DNA of 64,000 nt from a virus. This document shows, one piece after another, positions 10,405 through 19,487 of this stretch. Positions within the stretch are counted from its first letter, which is position 1; each line of letters starts with the position of its first letter. The position numbers and the translations under genes were made by a program. A model generated the notes under the pieces. The model saw only the letters and a list, made by a program, of their open reading frames with translations. It did not search any database and was not told where the DNA came from. Where the stretch lies: IMG/VR virus record IMGVR_UViG_3300029258_002856; one strand, 5' to 3'.

Positions 10405-12546
10405 ATGGCACAAATCACACTGTCGCAAAGCGACATCGATGATGCGGAACTTTTTCTCGCTGAATACCTGAGTGAGAAAGTACCGGAGGGGGACTTCAAC
10501 CGTGGGGGAGCGTTACGGGACCTGGCGGTTAAGGCATTCGCCTACCTTTACGCCTACCTTCGCGGGGAAGCGGACCGCATCAGTGTGTCGCAATCCATCA
10601 TGCTCATCGAAGAGGAGCTTGAAAACCTCTCCGAAGGCGGCACGCTGACGGGAGACCCCGTGGATTACGCCCAGATGGTGGACGAGGTGATGTCCAATTG
10701 GTTCGTCACTCGCCGGGGCGGCTCCTATTCATTCGTGACTGGTCTCTTGCATTTCAGTGAGCGTGCGACCGTCAACATCACCAAGGACACCAAGTTCTGG
10801 CGCACAGCGACCTTGGCGTTCTACATTGATGCGGAATCGGACCCTTATGTGATTGCCGGAAGCTCCATGTTGCCGCAGTTCGATGCAAAGGGGACGCTCA
10901 TTGATTATGTGGTGTCGGTGCCATTGCGTGCTGCGCGTGCGGATGCCGCGTACGACATTACGCCAGGGCGTTTCTATCAAGTTGAGGCACCAGGCGGCAT
11001 TCCTTACTTCTCCTACGCAGAGAACAAAGAGGAAGCGGAAGGTGGGACGGGTACTGAAGCGACGGAAGACCTGATTGTCAGGGCACGTACTGCTATCACG
11101 GTTCGTAACCTCATCAATAATCGCTCGTGTGACGCGACTCTCCTGGAGCGATTTCCTGATATCGAGACGACATTCACGGTTGGGATGGGTGAGCCCGAGA
11201 TGATTCGGGACAAGAAGACGGAGATAGCGCGGCACATCCAGCTGCACACCGGAGGGTTCTACGACACCTATGTTGAGATTCCTCTCATCCGGGTGGAAGA
11301 AAGCGGGGTTGTGGGTGGCCTCTACCCGCGGCCGGACAATGTTATCAATGTATTCCGAGACCCGGAACTGACGTACGACACCGCAACTTTCACGTCCTTG
11401 GGCGTGCAAGCTGGGCACATACTGTTCCTGCGGGATGGCATCATCGGAGTTCCCCGAGGCTTCCAGATTGTACGAGTGACAGACCACGAAATTTTCGTGA
11501 GCGAGCAGACGCCATTTCCGGAAGCGTCGGATGAGATGCTCGACAACGAGGTTCGCTATTCCATCGGATGGTTCTCTCCTGATTTCGACCAACTGGATTT
11601 CGACCCGGGTCCCGGGATGGTGTACGAGAGGATTGCGGCTTACAGCACCAACCCCGCTTACTCCCACATTCCACCGGGAACGTCGCGGCGTATCAGTGAG
11701 TCGGGAGTCATGGTTCTTTCCGGGAGGCCCAAGCAGGATATTCTTTCTGTTGAAATCACGGACCCGGACAGCGCAGACGCAGACCTCATTGACCCCTCGA
11801 CGGGAACGTTGCGGTTCACTAACCGCGTGAACGGGACCCCTATCGCGGGCTCTGTTCTTGGCACTTCTGAATATCAGGTTGAGGTCATCAATCCGGAGAA
11901 AGGACAGTCGGCGGAAGCCGTTACTTTCATCCGTGTCGGGTACCTGACGCAGATGGACAAATTCGACGGGAAGAACCTGAAGGTCGCATACCAGTCTCTG
12001 CGAGATTTCAATTCCATTCATGACTGGATAAAAGGCCCGGACACGCGAATCACTTCCGCTAACCATTTACTCAAAGCGCGTCATCCTGTTTGGGTGACGA
12101 TGACGATACCATACAAGCACAAGACGACAGCTACGCGGTTTTTGGACGAGTCAGATGCTGCGCAAACGGTGGCCTCGTTTATTAATCAGTTCGACCCCAA
12201 CGACAACCTCGACATGTCGGACATCGCCACGCAGTTGCGGAACGAATACGATGAGATTGGGTCGATTCCGCCGTTCGACATCTACTACACGCTCAACTCT
12301 CCAGACGGGCAAATTTTGGAGTTCAAGACCACTGATGTTGTCTCCATCTTCTCGCTTCCATCGAACGGGGTGACGCTGGAGAATGGCCCAGACATCATCG
12401 TGCCTGACGAGATGCAAGAGCAGGGAGTCACTGAGATTGCCACAGACAGCGAGCTCAGTAACTACTATGTCCTGCGCGGTATCTCTGACCGAACGGTAGT
12501 GTACCGGACGCGGGCAGACCTGATAACATTTGCGTTGCTGGGGTAG
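10405..12546 (+). CDS. Baseplate J-like (gp6-like) wedge protein
   Basis: GGALRDLAVKAFA N-terminus; AEGGTGTEATEDLIVRARTAITVR, typical of baseplate J proteins. Confidence 0.7.
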   Translation: MAQITLSQSDIDDAELFLAEYLSEKVPEGDFNRGGALRDLAVKAFAYLYAYLRGEADRISVSQSIMLIEEELENLSEGGTLTGDPVDYAQMVDEVMSNWFVTRRGGSYSFVTGLLHFSERATVNITKDTKFWRTATLAFYIDAESDPYVIAGSSMLPQFDAKGTLIDYVVSVPLRAARADAAYDITPGRFYQVEAPGGIPYFSYAENKEEAEGGTGTEATEDLIVRARTAITVRNLINNRSCDATLLERFPDIETTFTVGMGEPEMIRDKKTEIARHIQLHTGGFYDTYVEIPLIRVEESGVVGGLYPRPDNVINVFRDPELTYDTATFTSLGVQAGHILFLRDGIIGVPRGFQIVRVTDHEIFVSEQTPFPEASDEMLDNEVRYSIGWFSPDFDQLDFDPGPGMVYERIAAYSTNPAYSHIPPGTSRRISESGVMVLSGRPKQDILSVEITDPDSADADLIDPSTGTLRFTNRVNGTPIAGSVLGTSEYQVEVINPEKGQSAEAVTFIRVGYLTQMDKFDGKNLKVAYQSLRDFNSIHDWIKGPDTRITSANHLLKARHPVWVTMTIPYKHKTTATRFLDESDAAQTVASFINQFDPNDNLDMSDIATQLRNEYDEIGSIPPFDIYYTLNSPDGQILEFKTTDVVSIFSLPSNGVTLENGPDIIVPDEMQEQGVTEIATDSELSNYYVLRGISDRTVVYRTRADLITFALLG

Positions 12547-12549
12547 ACG

Positions 12550-15510
12550 ATGCCACACCCATTTGACATCGGCGATTACGGTCCGTCCCTTTTCAAGGGC
12601 CTTTCTGGTTTCTGGCAGCGTTTTTTCCGGGATACCAAGGACCTCGAGGCCTATTACCAAGCGTCAGAACAGTTGCTAGGTCAAGTGTACCTCGACCTGA
12701 TGAGCACCGTCCTCGGTACCGGCCTGGTGGACTGTCCCATCTTCAACAAGGAGTACTGGAAACTCTTCTTGATAGGAGAGAACGACATTTCCTTCTTGGA
12801 GGGCGAATCAACGTCAGAAGACCGTTACCTCTACGATATGCCCGGTTCAACGGTAGACGTGAGCGTCTTGCAGAATACGATTTTCGAGCCCGACATCACG
12901 TTCGAAAAAGACGTCGACTTCGATGTCGAGAATGACGACGGGCTCCTGCGATTCGTTAACGACCCGTTCCGAACCTTTCAGGATATCGACACTGGTGAAT
13001 GGCTCCCGCGTCCTGGGGTTGCTTGGCGTTGGGCAACCATCGAAGTGGGCAATCAGTTTGCCGACCTTAAACGTCCGGAAGGATTGGATTGGCGTGATGA
13101 TACGGACGTAAAGAAAGGTGATGTCCTACGCCTGCTGGCGTACGCCGGAGCCCAGCAGCAAGAAGGTTCAGACGGGCAATTCATATTCGGCGGTGACCTG
13201 GTGTTTAAAGACGTGGTGTCCCCTGCCGCCTTCACCGAGGCACATATCGGAGACATCATCGAGATTTACGAAGACCCCTCGAATAGCGGTTATCGAGGGT
13301 ATTACGTCGTAAAGGATGTCAATCCCCTGTTTCCGACCCAGGTCTTTCTGGAGTTGACTTACGGTGCGGTGTTGGCGACGAGTGCGGCTAACTTGAAATG
13401 GAGACACTACAAAGGGCTCTATTTCGAGTCTTTCGTGGAGGATTACGAACTGGACTTCATCAGCTCGGACAAACTTATTGGGAACGCGGATACGCCCTTC
13501 CCGCTCGATTACGACGCTCCCATCGTATACTCGGTGGTGCGCTGGCCCTCGGACTACGAGGAGGTGGGCGTAAACGTGAACAACCCTCCGGCGTACGCGA
13601 CTCCGGCTACTACCGTCCTGGGGTACAAACACATTGTGCCGGGAACGGTAGAGGTTTTTGCGTCCCGGAATGATGGCTTTCGTGTTCAAGAGGGAGTTGA
13701 CTATACCGTCGATTATCTGCGCGGGCTCATTCACACCATCCCGTACACGGCTCCGGCCCCTCCCGGCGACCTGACACAGCCGGACTGGAACCCGTCGTCG
13801 CCCTTCCATACTTGTAATTTCCAACACATGAAAGAAGTGCTGATTGGGTCTGGAGGCAAAGTCGAAGAGCGCACGGAAGCTCAGGTGCGTCAGATATCGT
13901 TGTGGGTTCCTGAAATCGAGATTGACCGCTTCACGCTCTACAACAATTTCGGTTACATGCTGAACCGCTTCGAGGTGTCCTCCGACACCTACAAGAAATT
14001 CCTGCGCGGTATCATGTATCTCTATGCGTCGGGACCTATCCTGTATCGGATAAACGCCGCACTGAATGTCGCGGCGGGATTCCCAGTTATCCAGTCGGAC
14101 GGGGAAATCCTGCGGGACTACGATGATGGGGCAGATGGTACAGGGTTTGATGGCCAAATAATTTCGCTCTTCAATCATTTCACTACGCCGTCTTACTCGT
14201 TTTCGGAGTTGGATGTTGGGGGTTACGTTGTGTTCCCCAGCCCTGCCAATGACGCGAACAGAGGCTCTTTCCGCATTCTAGAGGTTGTAGACGAGAATAC
14301 GGTCCTTCTCGAGACCACCTTCGGGCTGGCGGATGAGGGTCCTCCGCTGGAGTGGGCCGTTACCCGTTCGAATGTCCAGACGGTGTACACTGAGACAGCG
14401 GGGGGGCTTGAGCGGCAGTATCAATACCCCTATGGCGTTCCGATGTTGGATTTAGTGCTCGACCCGGACAATTACGACGTCACTTCCTTTTCAGCATTCG
14501 ACTATCTGACGGACGCTTTCCGCGTAGTGGATTACATCGAAGACCCGCAGTGGTGGGTGAACAAGTACATCCCGGAGATTCTGTGGCCTGACCAGGGGGC
14601 AGGGCGGCGGCTAGCGTCTGACGTGTTGTTTCCCAACATCATCGGGCCTCCCGATGATGCTCAAATCGGAGACCCCGGTTTCTTCATTGGTGCGGATGAC
14701 TACGGGAATGTGTTTGCTCCGACGGACCCGTACACGTCTGACCCCGCGCTCTTACATAGGCATAATGCGGCGTTCATCTTGTTCGACCGGTATCTCAAGT
14801 TCCATATGTTTTACATCGGAATTGATGACAGCGTAGAGCTTGATACACAGTTCTTGGCGGACTTGGAAGAACTAATTCTGGTGGTGAAACCGGCGTACAC
14901 GTATCCTTATGTGGAACCGGGAGATGCGTTCTTCGATTCCGCAGAACTGTGGGACGAGTTCCTGATGAACATCATGCTCGACCTTTCGGGAGAGCACGGC
15001 GATAACATCCAAGTAGCGGATGAAAACTACTGGCACATCGGTGACCCCTTCAGCATCGGGGACTATTTCCGGTATGTGCGATATGACGATGAGCCTGCTG
15101 GAGTGTCCAGTCCTCCGCCGCCATGGTTCGCGCTTCCTATTGCGTCGAATGAGCGAATAATCGCCCTCAAAATAAACGCGACGGTGGGCGGACGTGAAGT
15201 GCTGGAAGGAGTCGACTACACGTTTGACTACGACCCTACCTCTCCGACCGCGTGGCGCGTGACTCCCATTACGACGTGGGATGCTGCGGGCTCGGTGACT
15301 TTTGACGCACTAGTCATCGCGCTTACTAACCTGACGTTGGGGACCCCCGACACAACCATTGGGTACACGCCTCTTGCCATTGGTCTCCCGTCACCTGGGT
15401 ATGTGCGCGAAACTCTCACCCCGATTCCTATGGTTACAGAACTCATTGACCGCGCGCTGAGTTTACACATTGATGCTGATTATCCAAACGGGGTGCCCTA
15501 TACTTACTAA
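12550..15510 (+). CDS. Large baseplate/tail structural protein (gpI/gp7-like position)
   Basis: Follows the gpJ-like gene; acidic; two EGVDYT.DY motifs; LEELILVVKPAYTY resembles gpI-like proteins. Confidence 0.5.
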   Translation: MPHPFDIGDYGPSLFKGLSGFWQRFFRDTKDLEAYYQASEQLLGQVYLDLMSTVLGTGLVDCPIFNKEYWKLFLIGENDISFLEGESTSEDRYLYDMPGSTVDVSVLQNTIFEPDITFEKDVDFDVENDDGLLRFVNDPFRTFQDIDTGEWLPRPGVAWRWATIEVGNQFADLKRPEGLDWRDDTDVKKGDVLRLLAYAGAQQQEGSDGQFIFGGDLVFKDVVSPAAFTEAHIGDIIEIYEDPSNSGYRGYYVVKDVNPLFPTQVFLELTYGAVLATSAANLKWRHYKGLYFESFVEDYELDFISSDKLIGNADTPFPLDYDAPIVYSVVRWPSDYEEVGVNVNNPPAYATPATTVLGYKHIVPGTVEVFASRNDGFRVQEGVDYTVDYLRGLIHTIPYTAPAPPGDLTQPDWNPSSPFHTCNFQHMKEVLIGSGGKVEERTEAQVRQISLWVPEIEIDRFTLYNNFGYMLNRFEVSSDTYKKFLRGIMYLYASGPILYRINAALNVAAGFPVIQSDGEILRDYDDGADGTGFDGQIISLFNHFTTPSYSFSELDVGGYVVFPSPANDANRGSFRILEVVDENTVLLETTFGLADEGPPLEWAVTRSNVQTVYTETAGGLERQYQYPYGVPMLDLVLDPDNYDVTSFSAFDYLTDAFRVVDYIEDPQWWVNKYIPEILWPDQGAGRRLASDVLFPNIIGPPDDAQIGDPGFFIGADDYGNVFAPTDPYTSDPALLHRHNAAFILFDRYLKFHMFYIGIDDSVELDTQFLADLEELILVVKPAYTYPYVEPGDAFFDSAELWDEFLMNIMLDLSGEHGDNIQVADENYWHIGDPFSIGDYFRYVRYDDEPAGVSSPPPPWFALPIASNERIIALKINATVGGREVLEGVDYTFDYDPTSPTAWRVTPITTWDAAGSVTFDALVIALTNLTLGTPDTTIGYTPLAIGLPSPGYVRETLTPIPMVTELIDRALSLHIDADYPNGVPYTY

Positions 15511-15551
15511 GACGTACGTGGTACGTTTACTCGTGCTACGGAGAGAAACAC

Positions 15552-16112
15552 ATGGAATTTAAAGACCTAATGCAACTGTACGGGCGGCTCCAGGTTCGAG
15601 CGTACGACGTCAAGGGGAAACGTCCGAAGTTCCTCTTTCGTTACACGAAGATGAACCAAATCGTCAATGGGGGCCGTGATATCGTACTGGAATTGCTGGC
15701 TCAAATCAGCGGCGACCCGGGACCACAAGGTAACCCGTACTGGAACACCATTTGGTCTTTGAGTGCGGGCGAGGACCCGACTCCCGCTATCGCTACGCAG
15801 ACTCAGCTGGGGGCTCCCGTGTGGACCGGGCAATTGAGCCTTCCTACGGAGCGCGTTTACATCCCGTCCCTGTTCGAAATTAACGTCGTAAAGCAACTCC
15901 CAGCGGGAGAGGCTACTGGAGCGATGCTCGCGGAGGCCGGGTTGTTTGTGAGGGGAGAATATGATGACCCTGCGGCTGCTTCGGTTCCCAATTGGGAGCT
16001 GATTCCGGGACGTAGACTGTATGCCCGTCAGACGCACCCTGTTTTCGAGAAGGGCGCTACGATGGCAGTGATTTACGATTGGCACCTCGGACTGACTGTG
16101 CAGTCATCGTAA
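15552..16112 (+). CDS. Tail-collar/fibre attachment-like protein
   Basis: NQIVNGGR...GEDPTPA..TQTQL...EAGLF...RQTHPVFEKG..MAVIYDWHL pattern of tail-fibre N-terminal/collar domains. Confidence 0.55.
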   Translation: MEFKDLMQLYGRLQVRAYDVKGKRPKFLFRYTKMNQIVNGGRDIVLELLAQISGDPGPQGNPYWNTIWSLSAGEDPTPAIATQTQLGAPVWTGQLSLPTERVYIPSLFEINVVKQLPAGEATGAMLAEAGLFVRGEYDDPAAASVPNWELIPGRRLYARQTHPVFEKGATMAVIYDWHLGLTVQSS

Positions 16113-16124
16113 AGGAGAGCGTCG

Positions 16125-18785
16125 ATGGCCGACCAGAATATTGATTTCAGGCAAGGTGGAGATTCCGGTGAGCGCGACGACCCAGATGCGATTGAGCGCT
16201 ACAACGACGGGGAGCCCGCGAGCGAAACGGTCTTTCGTCGTCCGCCTGAAAACCTGCGCAGTCGCACCGAGATTCTAAGAACCGAAGGAGAGGACCAGAA
16301 GTATCTCCAAGACTCCGATATGCGCTGGATGATCTCTGCGGGTTCGGATGTCGGTGTTGCCAGTGGGGCTAACATGCCCAGCGTGTCGTGGGATGCGACG
16401 ACTGGGAAGTTCACCATCTCAGATGAGATTGTCGTCCAGCCTCTCAGCACACCAGCAACGGACAGCAAAGAGACGAAGACATACACATGGGGGGTCTCTC
16501 CCAGCGATGTCGATTTCAATTTCATCGCACAGCTCTTCGCTTACGAGGGGATGAACTGGCGGGAGATTCATTGGGAAGAGAAGCCGCCAGCTGAAATTCC
16601 TAACAACGTGTGCGAAGCTGTTGTTTCCGGAGACCCGAAAAACATCCTGACCATTACTATTCGGGATGACGGGAACACGCAAGCGCAGGACGTGGATGAT
16701 GCCCTGACACTGATAGTTGCGGACCTCACGACGATGGGCATCACCTATAGCATGGTGGGGCTCAATAGTGTCTACATCACGCTGCCAACGAGTGACGCCA
16801 TCTACCGTTTCCAGAAGACCTGGGAACGTGAGATGCACCACATTACGCCCACGGCGTTCTCGGACTTTTTCACGAGTGAATCTTTGAGTGACGGTGATAC
16901 GCTCGCCATCTTCTACGACATGATGTACGACCCGACCCCGGCGGTGGGAGGGCGTAAGCAATCGACCATTGATACGATTGACCCTGTGACTACGTTCCCG
17001 CCGAACACACATGTTCGGTTTGGTCAGCTGTTCATCACGTCGGATGAGCAGGAGAAGATTCCGCTTTGCATCCCCATCTGTAAGCGCATCGGTGACGATC
17101 TCATCTTCCTGGACGGTACTATCGTGTCGGACCCGCAGTCCGGAACGGTGCACTTCGGAGAGAACGGCTATACGCTTAACGCCCTGGCGGCAGCCGCATC
17201 GAGCGTTCTCGTGTCTGTGACGAAAGACTGGTATGGGGGGCTCACTCCGTCCTTTGCTCCGTCATCGGTTATTGAAGATTGCATCAACGGGATGATTCTG
17301 GACCTGGCAGAGGCCGATGACACGTTGAACATGAGCGGTGCGCGGCGTGTTGGTGTGGATGCGTACGACGGCACTCCTCCTGGTGACAGCCTCGATCTTT
17401 GGGCTTGGATAGATGGGTCTGTCCGCAGTACTTTTGAGACGGCGCAGACGGTCCTGAACCGTAAAGCGTCCTTGGCCTACGACGAGAATGTTACGGGGGA
17501 CTGGACTTTTGACGGCGAAGAAACATTTAATGGCGTTGTCAATCTCAACCAGAGGGTAAATCTGAACAGCTACCTCTACCTGCCGTTGTCAGGGGTTGTT
17601 TGGGACCTGTACTTGAAAAACACGGCAGTTGGTGCCACTACCCACACCGATTTCATGTGGGGGACCGTTTCGCACTACGAGTACATGGGCGGTGCGCACA
17701 TGATGCTCATTGGTGCCAAAGCTACGTCCTTCGCCGTACAGAATGCGGCTCCCGATGACATCGGTACGGGGACTGTGATTCGAGTTGTTGAGACCGCGCA
17801 GGGTGATTGGCGATTCGATATCAAGAGTGGTTTGAGCGCAGGGGACCCGATTGACTGGGATACTTCGGACCTGACGTACTGGGCGCATTACGATAGTGGG
17901 GATTCCAATTGGAAGCATGAATTCCGAGGGCTTGTATTCTGGGAAGACGGTGGAGTGTCCAAGCGGGATGTAGTACTCGCGTACGACTCTACGGGGGTAG
18001 GAGTCAATGGGCGGTTGTTGCTCCGTGCGTCGGATGAACATGACAAGGGCGTAAAGTCTTGGTTAAAGACCAATTCTTCCGGTTCGCAGCCAAGAGTCTC
18101 GCGCTACTACATGGACGAGATTAGCAAGCCGGGCAATGCTGAAGGCGTTATTTTCATCGATGCGTATAACTGTACGTGGAGCCATACCACTTTCCAATGG
18201 AGCCGGGTGCAGAGCGGTGCTGCGCATATTGTAGTGTACACGAACTACGGAATTCGCGTGTATTTGCGGGACCCTGCAAGCTCGAGTACCTGGGGCACTG
18301 GTGCAGATTCGCAGGACTACAAGACTGGATGGGATGATTATTACGATGTTATCCCGCGCTATAGCGATAAGAATGAGGTTATTCCGTCGCCGTACATCAT
18401 GGGAGGCACCATCATCGATACGGCAGGTTGGGTGGATATAAACGATGATTTGGATTGGCGTACCCGCTATGTGATGTTCGATGTCGTACTTGACGCGAAC
18501 GCGGGACTGCTGACCAACGCGGGGCAAAACTACCAAGAAGACCTTTTTGCAAATAGCAAGATTGTTTATCTAGATAGTGCAGGCGCTGTGCTTAATTTTG
18601 AACGTACATACAAAAGTGCGATTAGCGGTACGGACATTATCGGGAGAGGTAATGGGTCGGGGAGCGAAGTTGACCTCCGAGCGAATACATCTACGGGTAC
18701 GCTGCAAATTAGTACCGTGTCTACCACGAACGTGTACTACCTTATCATCGCAGCGCCCACGATATCGCGCAGTGCGTTTGCCTAG
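16125..18785 (+). CDS. Tail fibre / receptor-binding-like structural protein
   Basis: 886 aa, last gene of the baseplate operon; SD AAGGAG; NDGEPASETVFRRPPENLRSRTE N-terminal anchor-like segment. Confidence 0.5.
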   Translation: MADQNIDFRQGGDSGERDDPDAIERYNDGEPASETVFRRPPENLRSRTEILRTEGEDQKYLQDSDMRWMISAGSDVGVASGANMPSVSWDATTGKFTISDEIVVQPLSTPATDSKETKTYTWGVSPSDVDFNFIAQLFAYEGMNWREIHWEEKPPAEIPNNVCEAVVSGDPKNILTITIRDDGNTQAQDVDDALTLIVADLTTMGITYSMVGLNSVYITLPTSDAIYRFQKTWEREMHHITPTAFSDFFTSESLSDGDTLAIFYDMMYDPTPAVGGRKQSTIDTIDPVTTFPPNTHVRFGQLFITSDEQEKIPLCIPICKRIGDDLIFLDGTIVSDPQSGTVHFGENGYTLNALAAAASSVLVSVTKDWYGGLTPSFAPSSVIEDCINGMILDLAEADDTLNMSGARRVGVDAYDGTPPGDSLDLWAWIDGSVRSTFETAQTVLNRKASLAYDENVTGDWTFDGEETFNGVVNLNQRVNLNSYLYLPLSGVVWDLYLKNTAVGATTHTDFMWGTVSHYEYMGGAHMMLIGAKATSFAVQNAAPDDIGTGTVIRVVETAQGDWRFDIKSGLSAGDPIDWDTSDLTYWAHYDSGDSNWKHEFRGLVFWEDGGVSKRDVVLAYDSTGVGVNGRLLLRASDEHDKGVKSWLKTNSSGSQPRVSRYYMDEISKPGNAEGVIFIDAYNCTWSHTTFQWSRVQSGAAHIVVYTNYGIRVYLRDPASSSTWGTGADSQDYKTGWDDYYDVIPRYSDKNEVIPSPYIMGGTIIDTAGWVDINDDLDWRTRYVMFDVVLDANAGLLTNAGQNYQEDLFANSKIVYLDSAGAVLNFERTYKSAISGTDIIGRGNGSGSEVDLRANTSTGTLQISTVSTTNVYYLIIAAPTISRSAFA

Positions 18786-18788
18786 CAA

Positions 18789-19271
18789 TTATTGAAATTT
18801 GAAGGGGTCAGGGGATGTTGATAGTGTGACGTCCACGCCTGACGTCACCCATTGCATAATTCCATTCGCCAATTTGGCTTTAGCTCCCGGGAGGGGTGGG
18901 ACCATTGATGCCACTAGAATGTCGGCTAGTTGGGGTGCTACCGGTGCTACAGCAGTGGCTGTTGGCCACATGGCGCTGATGGGAGCGGCGTTCCAGTAGG
19001 CGATGAAGGCCTGCTGCATGAGGAGGCAGCTGCTTGCGGGGTCTTTAGGGGCTGTAAACGCAGGGACTAATACCTCGGTCATTGCTTGGACTGCGCTCGG
19101 AAGTAGATTGGTAGTCGGCAGAATAGGCACGCTGTCAAGACCGGCAAAGCCAAAAAAATTGGCGAAGGCTTTAGCAAAAGCCCTCGCCGCATCGGCGGGT
19201 GTCGGCAGAGGTTTCAAGTCGTATGCCTTGAGCTCCGCGATGTAAGAAGTGAGGCCTGCGGGGAGGGGCAC
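18789..19271 (-). CDS. Hypothetical protein (Ala/Pro-rich)
   Basis: 160 aa ORF filling the gap at the end of the minus-strand block. Confidence 0.55.
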   Translation of the reverse strand: MPLPAGLTSYIAELKAYDLKPLPTPADAARAFAKAFANFFGFAGLDSVPILPTTNLLPSAVQAMTEVLVPAFTAPKDPASSCLLMQQAFIAYWNAAPISAMWPTATAVAPVAPQLADILVASMVPPLPGAKAKLANGIMQWVTSGVDVTLSTSPDPFKFQ

Positions 19272-19274
19272 GGT

Positions 19275-19478
19275 TTACTCCGTAAAGGGATTGGCGATGG
19301 GGATGATGCCTTGTACCTGGACCTTTTCGGGGTCCACGATGAGGTGTAGTTTCAATCCGTTGTGAGCTTTGAGGCACTCCTTACAGATGAAACCCTGGCT
19401 GCGGTTACCGAGAAGCAGGCGTAGCGCGCCTTTGGTATCGGTGGTCTGGCAGCTATCGATGAGACATGTTTCTTCCAT
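19275..19478 (-). CDS. Small Cys-containing hypothetical protein (possible Zn finger)
   Basis: C-x4-C ... CKEC; SD AGGA; sits between nrdJ and the 18789 ORF. Confidence 0.55.
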   Translation of the reverse strand: MEETCLIDSCQTTDTKGALRLLLGNRSQGFICKECLKAHNGLKLHLIVDPEKVQVQGIIPIANPFTE

Positions 19479-19487
19479 GGGTTCCTC

